Shown piece after piece: positions 17,744-29,000 of a stretch of 64,000 nucleotides of DNA. The stretch lies in the NCBI GenBank assembly GCA_963796915.1, contig CAWCNI010000002.1:198126-262125 (forward strand), given 5' to 3'. Under the pieces are notes generated by a model, which saw only the letters and a list, made by a program, of their open reading frames with translations, did no database searches and was not told the DNA's origin. Made by a program: the position numbers and the translations under genes. Source of the stretch: Vicinamibacteria bacterium. GTDB taxonomy: Bacteria > Acidobacteriota > Vicinamibacteria > Vicinamibacterales > JAENWD01. Positions within the stretch are counted from its first letter, which is position 1. The number at the start of each line of letters is the position of its first letter.

Positions 17744-19630
17744 GTGCTAGACTGGCGATCTGTGCTCTTCCCGCTCCGGCGTCCATCGGGGTCCGTCCTG
17801 CTGGTCGGGGCCGCGCTCGTGCTCCTGCCGCTGCTCGCCGTCCTGCAGTACCGATGGATCGGTCAGGTCAGCGACGCCGAGCGCGAGCGCCGGCAGCGAA
17901 CGCTCGAGCACGCCACGTCGGCCATCGCGCAGGACACCGATCTCGAGCTGATTCGCGCGCTCGTCGGTCTGCAGGTTGACGGCTTCGCATTGCGCGCCGA
18001 AGACTGGACCACGTACGCGGAGCGCGCCGCCGCGTGGCACAAAGCCGCGGCAGCCCCCGGCATGGTTCGCGACGTCCTGCTCGTGGACCGGGGTCCCCAG
18101 GGTCTTCGGCTCCGCGCCTGGTCCGATGCGCATCGCGCGTTCGAGCCCGCGGCGTGGACCCCCGAGCTCGAACCCTATCGGCAGCGTTTCAGCGACGAGC
18201 TGAAGACGTGGGAGGCCCACCCTCCCGACGAACCTGTCAGGCCCAACGACCTGCTGAGCGACGACGCGACGACGATCGTCGTGCCGGTCGCACCGGTGCC
18301 CGTGCAGAACGATGCCGGGCATCTGGTGTCGTTCCAGCCGGTGTTCGGCTACACGCTGATCCGCATGGACATGCCGTTCCTGAAGGAAGAGTTTCTGCCG
18401 GCGCTCGTGGAGCGCCACTTCCGGCTTCAGGCTGGCGACGAATACCGCATCGCCGTCGTGTCGCGGCAGGACCCGTCGAAGGCGATCTACCAGACCAACG
18501 TCGACGATCTGCCCGCGCTCGTGGCCAGGCACGACGCGGAAGCAGGGTTCTTCTCGTTTCGTCCCGACCAGTTCGCGCTCGTCCGTCAGGCCGCCGAATC
18601 GCTTGGCGCCGGCCTGCCGCCCAACGGCGAGCGGCGGCGAAGCCTCTTCTTCGCGATGACGCGGCGGCCGCCCGACACCGTCGCGGGACGCCCGCGACCG
18701 GTCGAGGACACGTCGCGCTGGAAGCTCGTGGCCCGTCACCCGGCCGGATCGCTCGAGGCTGCCGTCGGGGCCGCGCGGATGCGCAACCTCGCCCTCAGCT
18801 TCGGCGTGCTGCTCCTGATGTTCGCCAGTGTCGCGGTGCTGGCCGTCACCGCCGAACGCGCGGGCCGTCTGGCGCGCCAGCAGATGGAGTTCGTCGCCGC
18901 CGTCTCGCACGAGCTCCGCTCGCCGGTATCCGTCATCGGATCGGCGGCGGCCAACCTGTCAGACGGGCTCGTCTCCGATCCCGGCCGCGTGAAACAGTAC
19001 GGCGCCCGCATCCAGATCGAGGCCCGCCGACTGGCCGACACCGTCGAGCGCGTGCTCCTCTACGCGGGCATCGAAGCCGGACGCGCGATCGGCCACCGCA
19101 CGCCGACGCCGGCGTCCGCGCTCGTGACAGAGGCCATCGCGTCCTGCACGCCGGCGATCGAGGAAGCTGGCGCGACCCTCGAAACCGACATCGCGCCCAA
19201 CCTGCCGCCAGTGCTTGCCGATGCCACGGCCCTCAAATCGAGCCTGCAGAACCTCATTGGCAACGCGCTGAAGTACGGCGGCACCTCGCGCTGGCTGCGG
19301 ATAGTCGCCGCCGCAGAGCCGCCGGCGTCGCCCGATCACGTCAGGATCGCCGTCATGGATCGCGGTCTGGGCATTGCGCCGGGCGATCTGAGTCACATCT
19401 TCGAGCCGTTCTTTCGCGGCGCCGAAGCGCAGTCGCGGCAGATTCGCGGCAACGGCCTCGGTCTCAGCATCGTCAAGGGCATTGTCGAAGCGCATGGCGG
19501 ACGCGTCAGCGTGGACAGCACGCCGGGCCGGGGCAGCACGTTCGTGGTCACGCTGCCGGTCTACCGCGGCGACGCGACATCCGCGGTGCCTGCAGGCCGG
19601 CGCGTGAATGCGCCGGCGGAAGGCGCGTGA
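17744..19630 (+). CDS. sensor histidine kinase (two TM segments, large periplasmic domain, HisKA plus HATPase_c)
   Basis: 628-aa ORF (GTG start). H-box FVAAVSHELRSPV. G-boxes GNGLGLSIVKGIVEAHGG and GRGSTFVVTLP. Confidence 0.9.
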   Translation: MLDWRSVLFPLRRPSGSVLLVGAALVLLPLLAVLQYRWIGQVSDAERERRQRTLEHATSAIAQDTDLELIRALVGLQVDGFALRAEDWTTYAERAAAWHKAAAAPGMVRDVLLVDRGPQGLRLRAWSDAHRAFEPAAWTPELEPYRQRFSDELKTWEAHPPDEPVRPNDLLSDDATTIVVPVAPVPVQNDAGHLVSFQPVFGYTLIRMDMPFLKEEFLPALVERHFRLQAGDEYRIAVVSRQDPSKAIYQTNVDDLPALVARHDAEAGFFSFRPDQFALVRQAAESLGAGLPPNGERRRSLFFAMTRRPPDTVAGRPRPVEDTSRWKLVARHPAGSLEAAVGAARMRNLALSFGVLLLMFASVAVLAVTAERAGRLARQQMEFVAAVSHELRSPVSVIGSAAANLSDGLVSDPGRVKQYGARIQIEARRLADTVERVLLYAGIEAGRAIGHRTPTPASALVTEAIASCTPAIEEAGATLETDIAPNLPPVLADATALKSSLQNLIGNALKYGGTSRWLRIVAAAEPPASPDHVRIAVMDRGLGIAPGDLSHIFEPFFRGAEAQSRQIRGNGLGLSIVKGIVEAHGGRVSVDSTPGRGSTFVVTLPVYRGDATSAVPAGRRVNAPAEGA

Positions 19631-20322
19631 AGCCCGTGGGCGCGCGGCTGCTCCTCGTCGAAGACGAACCCGGTCTGGTGATGACGCTGACCGATCGGCT
19701 CATCGCCGAAGGCTACGACGTCGAGTCGGTCACCGACGGCGAGTCCGGGCTGGCGCGTGCGTCGACCGAGCCGTTCGGGCTGGTGATACTCGACGGCATG
19801 TTACCGGGGCGCGACGGGTTCGACGTCTGCCGGACCATCCGGCAGCGCGGCGTGCAGACGCCCATCCTCATGCTCACGGCCAGGGGGCAGGTCGTGGACA
19901 AGGTCGTCGGCCTGAAGCTGGGCGCCGACGACTACCTCACCAAGCCGTTTGAAATGGCGGAGCTGCTCGCCCGCCTCGAAGCCCTGCTCCGCCGCGCCCC
20001 ACGCCAGGTGACGCCGTCGGCCGAATCCTTCCAGTTCGGTGAGGTCCACGTGGACTTCAGGAAGGCGGAGGTGACGCGAGCCGGCGTCCAGTTGGACCTG
20101 TCGGCCCGTGAGTTCAAGCTGCTCTGCTATTTCATCGAGCATCGCGGCGCCACGCTGTCGCGCGACGAGCTGCTCAACGAGGTCTGGGGCTACAACGCGA
20201 TGCCGTCGACCAGGACCGTCGACGTCCACATCGCGTGGCTGAGGCAGAAGGTCGAAACCGAGCCCAGGCGTCCGACCTACATCCACACCATCCACGGGCT
20301 CGGCTACAAGTTCACCGCGTAG
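19627..20322 (+). CDS. OmpR/PhoB-family response regulator
   Basis: C-terminal 231 aa of ORF 18034..20322. GTG 19627 overlaps the kinase TGA (GTGA). Receiver domain (LLLVEDEP...VILDGMLPGRDG...LTARG...KLGADDYLTKPF) plus winged helix (LSAREFKLL...RTVDVHIAWLRQK...GLGYKF). Confidence 0.9.
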   Translation: MKPVGARLLLVEDEPGLVMTLTDRLIAEGYDVESVTDGESGLARASTEPFGLVILDGMLPGRDGFDVCRTIRQRGVQTPILMLTARGQVVDKVVGLKLGADDYLTKPFEMAELLARLEALLRRAPRQVTPSAESFQFGEVHVDFRKAEVTRAGVQLDLSAREFKLLCYFIEHRGATLSRDELLNEVWGYNAMPSTRTVDVHIAWLRQKVETEPRRPTYIHTIHGLGYKFTA

Positions 20323-20402
20323 CAGGCAGCTGGCAGCAGGCAGCTGACCGCGACGAACGAGGACTGCAGCACCCGGCCAGCTGCGTGCCGCCTGCTGCCT
20401 GC
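20322..20402 (+). terminator. long imperfect hairpin directly after the response-regulator stop (terminator-like, no U tract)
   Basis: GCAGGCAGCTGGCAGCAGGCAGCTG (20322-46) pairs at 22/25 positions with CAGCTGCGTGCCGCCTGCTGCCTGC (20378-402). Loop is 31 nt. Confidence 0.45.
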
Positions 20403-20669
20403 GATGAGCACGCTTCACCGGCTTGGATTACGAGGCGTGTTGTTGGATTTCGTGGACCGAAAGAGGACCCCAGGAAGCAGACGAATTTACTGAGATTTCT
20501 ACGCCGCGGTAGCCCTCCAAAAGCGGCCCCGATCGTGCAGTCTCAACGGCCGTCCCGTAACGAGCGGGGGACGAGGGCCGGGCCGTCAGGCGGCTTCACG
20601 GCAAACCGGGGGAAGAGGGTGCCAGGTTTCTGCCTGCGGCCCCGGCTCTCGTCACCTGCTCGGGGTCGC

Positions 20670-20766
20670 CATTCGTCATTCCCGATTCTTCATTCCCCAT
20701 TTCTTCACTCTTCACTCTTCACTCTTCATTCTTCATTCTTCACTCTCTTCTTCACTCTTCATTTTC
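20670..20766. repeat. degenerate heptamer tandem repeat (TTCACTC/TTCATTC)n, G-free on the plus strand
   Basis: cattcgt cattccc gattctt cattccc, then ttcactc x3 (20704-24), ttcattc x2, ttcactc, ttcactc, ttcattt. There is no G on the plus strand from about 20685 to 20780, in an otherwise GC-rich sequence. Confidence 0.9.
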
Positions 20767-20777
20767 TTTCTTCCCTC

Positions 20778-22082
<1,305 letters not shown>

Positions 22083-22160
22083 TCTAATCCCGTACAGGCG
22101 GGCTGTCGCGACAGGATCGAATGCCGCACCCTGAGTGGGGCGTCGCCTCTGGAGAGGCCG

Positions 22161-24950
22161 CTACTCGGGCAGTGTGCCTGGCAGAAGCCGCTGGCCGGCC
22201 AGGCTGGTTCGCAGGCCGTACACCGCTGTCAGCACGATGAGGGCCATCAGCCCGTACGACGAAGGCCCGAAGAGCGATTGCGGATCGAACGTCATCGGGA
22301 TTTGCTCGAGCGCGCCGGCGACAGTCAGGGCGACGATGAGCGGCAACATGCCGAAGCGCGCCAGCGTCAGGACCACCACGCCGACCTTCAGCGCGGCAAA
22401 CACGAAGGACACCGACATGCCCTCCATGACGGCGGTCCCCGCCAGCAGCAGCAGGACGAAGACGGCAGTGGTGATGCTGCGCCGGCGAATCAGCACGTAG
22501 AGCAGCAGGTACACCAGCACCAGCGCACTGGCGAACAACACCGACGCGATCACCTGCGCCATGACGGTAGCGAGATCGAAGGGCAGTGTCGCGTTGAAGC
22601 CGACAGAGGGCGTCGCCAGTGTCGGCGCCTTGCCGATCCAGGCCGGTGCCATGTGCCCGAGCTGCCCGAGGATCTGCACGAGGACGCCGAGCGCAGCGCC
22701 GATGAGCAGGTCGCGGCCAACGAGAGGGTCGGTCAGGCGGCCTCGCAGCGCTCGTGACCAGGAAATCATCGTCTCCGGCGAGCGCCGCCGCACGTCCGGC
22801 TCGAGCGCGATGTAGATCATGTACGCCGCAAGACCGACCAGCACGCCCTTGGCTGTCAGCAGCACGCCCGTCAGCATCGTCGAAAACAGTTCCCAGGTCT
22901 GATGTGCCGCCAGGAACCCGGCGACGATGGCCAGGGTGCCAAGGGTCCCCGCGACGCGCATCGCGCCCGCCTGATCGCCGCGTCCCAGCCTCAGGTTCCG
23001 GCGCCCGAGGAAGACGGCGCCGCCGATGACCACAGTCAATGTGATCACGGCGACCACGGCGAGAGGCGCCACACCGCCAGAGCCCTGGACCGTATTCAGG
23101 GTCTCCTGGCTCCACGGCTCGAACACCTGGAAGTACGTCGCGCGTCCGCCGGTGGCACCAGCTTCGATGTGCACCGGGATATCTGGTCGATCGGGATAGA
23201 CGGTGTTCCACGCGACGCGAGTGTCCACGTAGACGGGCGGCAGCCACGACGGCCTCGTCTCTGTCAGGCTGGCGAGTGGAAAGCCGGCTTCCTCGAGCAG
23301 CGGCGCCCAGTCAGCCTTCCGGCCCTGCTCCGCCGTCTCGTGAATCCGGGGCGGCAATGCCGCCAGAAACTGGAGTCGCCCCTTGAGATCGAGCAGGACG
23401 CCGGCCATTCCCGGGACCGTCACCGGGGGCACAGACGCGCCTATCTTGCCCGACTGGCCGAAGCTGTCGGACGACAGCGGCACCGGCGCCTGGCGGTACC
23501 AGAAGGCAACCCCCGGCGGCTGGAAGTAGCGCAGCCCGTCCCACCGGCCGGGCGACGTGTCGCTGAGGAGGTGCTGGATGTAGTCGGTGCTCGTGTAGCC
23601 CCAGGCGCTGTCGCGGAACGGCTCCTGGTATCCGAGCTTCTGGAGGATCGAGTGGGCCTGATCGACCAGCACCGCCGCTGGTTTGCTCTGCGGCAGATAC
23701 TGGACGGCCTGCGTTCGGGCGCTGAGCCAGACCACCACCACCAGGCCCGCCAGAAGCGCGGTCGCCACTACGGCGGCCACGCGCGGGGTCAGTGCGCCCA
23801 CGCCTCCCGCTGCGGCGACGATCTCCGGTGACGGCGTTTCGCCGGCGGCAAGCGCCGCCGCGAGCGGGTCGCCGCCCGGCAGCGCCGCGCCGACAGCAAG
23901 GGCCGACCTGGGCCGCGCCGCGGGGTTCTTTTCGAGACACTTCTGAATGACGCGATCGGCCTGCGGATCGATCTCGCCGACAAGCTTCGCGATGCGCGTC
24001 GGCGCTTCTTCACGATGCTGCCGCGCGAGCTCACCCGCGGTGTTGCCGCTGAACACCTGACGTCCGGTGAAAATCTCGAACAGCACCAGCCCGAGCGCGT
24101 AAATGTCGGAGGCCACCGTCGCGGGCTGCCGATCGAACAGCTCCGGCGCCATGTACGCCGGCGTGCCAGCGATGCCGCCGGCGACGGCGAACTCCGCGCC
24201 TGCGAGTCCGAAGTCGGCCAGGCGGACGGAGCCCTGCTCGTCGATCATCACGTTGGCGGGCTTCAGATCGCGATGCAGGACGCCCTTGGCGTGCGCGGCG
24301 GAGAGCCCGGCGCACAACTCCCGTCCCATCTCCGCGGCACGGTCGGGCGAGATGCGGCCGATGCGCCGGAGGAGCGACGCGAGATCTTCGCCCTGGACGA
24401 ACTCCATCGAGAGGAACGTCAGGCCGTCGGCCTCGGTGATGTCGTAGACACGGACGACGTGCGGATGCGAGACCTCGCGGGCGGCACGCACCTCACCGCG
24501 AAACCGTGCGAGGGCCTCAGGGTCGTTGACCAGCACGTCGGGGAGGAACTTGAGCGCCACCGGCTGGCCGAGCGTCATGTCGTCGGCGCGATAGACCTCG
24601 CCCATCCCGCCGCGTCCGAGCAGGCCGACGATGCGAAACCGTCCGCCGAGGACGGTTCCAGGCTCGAATCGCGACGCGGTGCGCGGGTCGGTCCCGGCGG
24701 CGGGCGTGGCGCCCAGGCGGCCGCTGCCGGCGCTCGAGCCCGGGCGTCCCGCACGCGACGGCGGACGGCCAGGAGTCGGCGGCAGGACGGTGAATGCCTC
24801 AGTCGGCGTGGGGAGGCGCGTCTGGTCGGACTGCGACGGCATCGGCGTGAAGACCGTCGATGCCTCCGTCGGCGTGTTCAGCGCCGTTCCGCACTCGGGG
24901 CAGAACCGGGCGGCCTCGGGAATCGACGCCAGGCACGTCGCGCAGGTCAC
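22161..24950 (-). CDS. Ser/Thr protein kinase: N-terminal zinc ribbon, Hanks kinase domain, TM helix, extracytoplasmic domain and C-terminal polytopic membrane domain
   Basis: ORF 22161..25268 trimmed to the only in-frame start before the zinc ribbon (GTG, cac 24948-50). CATCLASIPEAARFCPECG, then GRGGMGEVY...ALKFL...HRDLKPANVM...DFGLAG...GTPAYMAPE. The C-terminal ~330 aa consist of multiple hydrophobic helices. Confidence 0.8.
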   Translation of the reverse strand: MTCATCLASIPEAARFCPECGTALNTPTEASTVFTPMPSQSDQTRLPTPTEAFTVLPPTPGRPPSRAGRPGSSAGSGRLGATPAAGTDPRTASRFEPGTVLGGRFRIVGLLGRGGMGEVYRADDMTLGQPVALKFLPDVLVNDPEALARFRGEVRAAREVSHPHVVRVYDITEADGLTFLSMEFVQGEDLASLLRRIGRISPDRAAEMGRELCAGLSAAHAKGVLHRDLKPANVMIDEQGSVRLADFGLAGAEFAVAGGIAGTPAYMAPELFDRQPATVASDIYALGLVLFEIFTGRQVFSGNTAGELARQHREEAPTRIAKLVGEIDPQADRVIQKCLEKNPAARPRSALAVGAALPGGDPLAAALAAGETPSPEIVAAAGGVGALTPRVAAVVATALLAGLVVVVWLSARTQAVQYLPQSKPAAVLVDQAHSILQKLGYQEPFRDSAWGYTSTDYIQHLLSDTSPGRWDGLRYFQPPGVAFWYRQAPVPLSSDSFGQSGKIGASVPPVTVPGMAGVLLDLKGRLQFLAALPPRIHETAEQGRKADWAPLLEEAGFPLASLTETRPSWLPPVYVDTRVAWNTVYPDRPDIPVHIEAGATGGRATYFQVFEPWSQETLNTVQGSGGVAPLAVVAVITLTVVIGGAVFLGRRNLRLGRGDQAGAMRVAGTLGTLAIVAGFLAAHQTWELFSTMLTGVLLTAKGVLVGLAAYMIYIALEPDVRRRSPETMISWSRALRGRLTDPLVGRDLLIGAALGVLVQILGQLGHMAPAWIGKAPTLATPSVGFNATLPFDLATVMAQVIASVLFASALVLVYLLLYVLIRRRSITTAVFVLLLLAGTAVMEGMSVSFVFAALKVGVVVLTLARFGMLPLIVALTVAGALEQIPMTFDPQSLFGPSSYGLMALIVLTAVYGLRTSLAGQRLLPGTLPE

Positions 24951-25064
24951 AGCCGGATTATACGAGTCGCCGGGCTGAAGCTCGACGACAGCCTGAAGTC
25001 CTGAGCATTCCGTCGCCGGGTGCCGAAAGCGGGCTCCGGACGATCCAGAATTGACGGCACTCCC

Positions 25065-25805
25065 ATGACCTCGACCATCCGCTCCGCGCTCGTGACCGGT
25101 GGCGCCAGAATCGGCGCTGTAGTGGCGACCACGCTCGCAACGCGCGGCGTCGACGTGGCGATCGTCTACCGGCGGTCGAAGGATCAGGCGGATGCGGCCG
25201 TCGCGGAGATCGCGACGCTCGGGCGACGCGGTCGTGCGATCCAGGCCGACCTGACCGATCCCGCGCAATGCGAGCGGGTCGTGAACGACGCGGCAGACGC
25301 CTTCGGCCGCCTGGACATCGTCGTGAACATGGCGTCCGTGTACGTCGCGACGCCGTTCGACCAGCTGGCGCCAGGCGACTGGGACGACGCGATGGCTGTT
25401 GATCTACGCGCGTCGTACTTGTGCGCGCGGGCCGCTGTGCCCCACATGCGCCGTCAGGGAGGCGGTCGCATCGTCAACTTCACGGACTGGATCGCAGCAA
25501 GCGGGCGCCCGCGCTACAAGGGCTACCTGCCGTACTACGTAGCCAAGGCCGGAGTGATCGGGCTGACGCAGGCGCTGGCGCTCGAACTGGCCGGCGATCG
25601 GATTCTGGTGAACGCCGTGGCCCCGGGGCCCATTCTTCCGCCGCCCGGGCTCAGCGACGACGAGAAGCGGGCGGTCGAGGCCGCCACGCCGCTCGGGCGG
25701 TGGGGCGGATCGGAATCAGTAGCCCATGCCGTCGCGTTCCTGATCGAGACCGACTTCGTCACCGGCGAGGTGATTCGCGTCGATGGCGGGAGGCATGTGA
25801 AGTAG
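25065..25805 (+). CDS. short-chain dehydrogenase/reductase (SDR)
   Basis: ATG 25065 inside ORF 25020..25805. VTGGARIG cofactor motif and YYVAKAG catalytic Tyr-x3-Lys. Confidence 0.9.
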   Translation: MTSTIRSALVTGGARIGAVVATTLATRGVDVAIVYRRSKDQADAAVAEIATLGRRGRAIQADLTDPAQCERVVNDAADAFGRLDIVVNMASVYVATPFDQLAPGDWDDAMAVDLRASYLCARAAVPHMRRQGGGRIVNFTDWIAASGRPRYKGYLPYYVAKAGVIGLTQALALELAGDRILVNAVAPGPILPPPGLSDDEKRAVEAATPLGRWGGSESVAHAVAFLIETDFVTGEVIRVDGGRHVK

Positions 25806-25971
25806 GAGCGTCACCATCGGCGTACCTGGTGCCAGTGCCGGAATGGCAGTGCGCGTCCAGGACGTGTCCGCCTGTCGGGTTTCGCCAGGGATCCCACCAG
25901 CTCATCAGCAACTTTTACGGCCTTCGCAAAGATTGCGCTTGCACAGGCAACTCCGACCGCGTTATATAATC

Positions 25972-25988
25972 GATTATCGTTCATCGAT
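25972..25988. promoter_or_regulatory. AT-rich box GATTATCGTTCATCGAT just downstream of a TATAAT hexamer, upstream of the TonB receptor gene
   Basis: TATAAT at 25965-70, box at 25972-88, AGGAGG at 25992-97, ATG at 26004. The identical 17-mer recurs at 36461-77. Confidence 0.55.
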
Positions 25989-26003
25989 TGTAGGAGGAGC
26001 TCT

Positions 26004-29000
26004 ATGGTGGCGCTTTGGCGGCGACTTGCCCGACCGCACGCGATCGCAATGCTCGTTCTTCTGGGGCTTCCGGCGGTCCCTGCGTTCGCCCAGGAGTCCG
26101 GCGTTGTCGGCACTGTCAGGGACCAGACGGGGGCTGTCATCGCCGGCGTCGACGTGACCGTGACCAACGTCGAGACCAATGAGAGCCGCCGCGCGACGAC
26201 GGACGCGGATGGGCACTACACCATCCCGAATGTCCGGGCGGCGGTCTACAAGCTGGTCGCCGAGAAGCAGGGCTTCCAGAGCTATGCGCTCGACAGGCTC
26301 ACCCTGGAAGTGCAGCTCGTTCGCACGCTCGACGTCGTCCTCACGGTGGGCGCCGTGACCGACCAGGTCAACGTCGTGTCGACGGCGGCGGTTCTTCAGA
26401 CGACCCAGTCGTCGGTGGGCACCTTGTTCGAGACCAAAGTCGTCAACGAGCTGCCTCTGAACGGCAGAAACTTCCTCCAACTGCAGCTGCTCGCACCCGG
26501 CGTGACGATGGGGCGTCCCGGCACGTTCAGCGTCGTGCAGATCGCCGCGCAGAACACCAGCATCGGCGGCGGCAACTTCTCCGTCAACGGCACCCGCGAC
26601 GTCTACAACGACTATCTGCTCGACGGCGTGTCGTTCAAGGACTGGATTCATGGCACCAACGGCATGAACCCGTCCGTCGACGCGATCCAGGAGTTCAGAA
26701 CCCAGACCAGCAACTACTCGGCGGAGTTCGGTGGCAACGCCGGCGGCCTGGTGAACATGGTCACGCGGTCCGGATCCAACCAGCTCCACGGGAGCGCCTA
26801 CGAGTTCGTTCGCAACGACGCATTCGACGCGAACAACTTCTTCTCAAACAGCGCGGGCCTCGACAAGCCGCCCCTGCGGCGCAACCAGTTCGGCGGCACC
26901 GTGGGCGGACCGGTCATCAAGAACAAGACGTTCTTCTTCACCAGCTACGAGGGGTTCCGCGAGCGCCGCGATCAGACCCTGATCGATACCTTCCCCACGC
27001 AGAAGATGCACCACGGCGATTTCTCTGAGCTGCTGACGCTGCCCAGCCCTGTCGTGATCCACGATCCCGGGACCGGCGCAGCCTACCCGGGCAACATCAT
27101 CCCGCAAGACCAGGTCCTGGCGGTGATGCCCGGCTACCTGGATACGTACACGCCTTTGCCCAACCGGCCGGGTCTTGTGAACAACAACGCGGTGCAGGGG
27201 TCGCGGCGCAATTCGACAGACCAGTACATGGTTCGCGGCGACCATAGCTTCAGCAACAGCACCCAGTTCTTCGCGCGCTACGCCCACAACACCATCGAGG
27301 ACGCGCCGCCGACGTCGAACCCGAATTTCTTCGCCACGCAGAACAACCGGAACGAAAACCTGAGCGCCACGCTCACGCACACGCTCAGCCCGACGACGAT
27401 TCTCGAGGCGCGGTTCGGAATGAACAGATTCAAGCAGATCGTCGAGCAGAATCGGGCGTTCACGACGCCGAACATCGCCGCCGACGTCCTGCAGATCAGC
27501 GGCGTCGCCACCGATCCGGCGGCATCGAACGCGCCGGCCTTCAGCGTGCCCGGCTATGACGGCCTGAGCGGCGCGCCCTCCAGTCCGCGCAGCTGGTTCA
27601 GCAACCGCTTCGAGGGCCAGGTCAACCTGAGTCTCGTCCGCGGCAGTCACCTGCTGCGTGCGGGGGTCAACGTCACGTATCACCGCGAGACGTTCCCTGA
27701 GATCATCATCCCCAACGGTCTCTATGTCTTCGACGGGACGTTCACTGGCAACTCGATGGCCGATATGCTGCTGGGCATCCCGACCCAGTTCCTGTTGTCG
27801 CCGGAGCTGTTCGACCCGCAGTTCCGCGAGACCGACTTCCTGCCGTGGATTCAGGACGACTGGCGCGTCAGCTCCAAGCTGACGCTCAATCTGGGCCTGC
27901 GCTACGAACGGCGGCCATGGCCGGTGTCAGCGAATAACACGCTCGCGAACATCGTGCTGCCGCCAGGCGGCGGCGACGCGTCGGTGGTGCTCGCCGGGCC
28001 GTGCGAACCCGATCCGGTGCGCCGCTGCGAGACGACGCTGCCGACATCGACGGCAGCGAACCGCAGTACGCTGGGGTCTACCGACAACAACAATTTCGCA
28101 CCGCGGGTCGGCTTCGCCTACAAGTGGGACGAGAAGACAGTGGTGCGCGGTTCGTACGGCGTCTTCTACCAGCCGGAGCCGTTCAACCAGTTCGTGTTCC
28201 TCAGCATCAACCCGCCGTTCGTCAGCTTCTACAACAAGTTCGTCAACACCGCGAACTACCAGTCGTGGGATTGGTACCACCCGACGGCAGGGTTGCCAGC
28301 CGGCGGCATCCAGTTCACCTACATCCCGGAGGACTCCGTCACGCCCTACCTCCAGGCGTGGAGCCTGGGCGTCGAGCGTGACCTCGCGGGCAATGTGGTC
28401 ACCGTCACGTATGTCGGCAACAAGGACAGCCACCTCTGGGCGCGCACCTGGCCCAACCAGCCGACGCCAGGCCCCGGCGACATCGACGCGCGCCGTCCGT
28501 ACACGAACGTGTCGACGATCGCGGGCAACGAGCCGATCGGCTCCGGCAGCTACAACGGCCTGCAGGTTCAGGTGCAGCGGCGGTACTCGCACGGGCTGGC
28601 GTTCATCTCGGCCTACACGTGGTCGAAGGCGATCACCGACAGCCAGGCGGCCGAGACCGGATCGTTCGTGCCCGACCTGCAGGACAGCCACAACCGCGCC
28701 GCCAACCGCGGACTCGCCGCCAGCGACACGCGCAACCGGTTCACGCTCAGCGCTCTCTACGAGCTGCCATTCGGCCGCGGCAAGGCCATCGGCAACGACA
28801 GCGGGGCGATCGTCTCCGCGATCATCTCGGGCTGGCAGCTGGGGGGCATCCTCACGCTCCAGAGCGGCCAACCGCTCACGGTGACGCTGCCCACCGACAC
28901 CCCGAACGTCGGTGAGGGCGCGAAGCTGCCGAACCGGGTCGGCGATCCCAACACGGGCGCCAAGACAGTGGGCCAGTTCTTCAACACGGCAGCCTTCGCG

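Noticed and set aside
18034-19626. N-terminal 531 aa of ORF 18034..20322 (762 aa)
   Set aside because: This is an out-of-frame read through the histidine kinase gene. Only the last 231 aa (from GTG 19627) form the OmpR-type response regulator.
24951-25268. N-terminal 106 aa of ORF 22161..25268 (kinase)
   Set aside because: It would run across the divergent promoter and into the SDR gene. It is Arg/Gly-rich with no motif, and the zinc ribbon begins right after GTG 24950.
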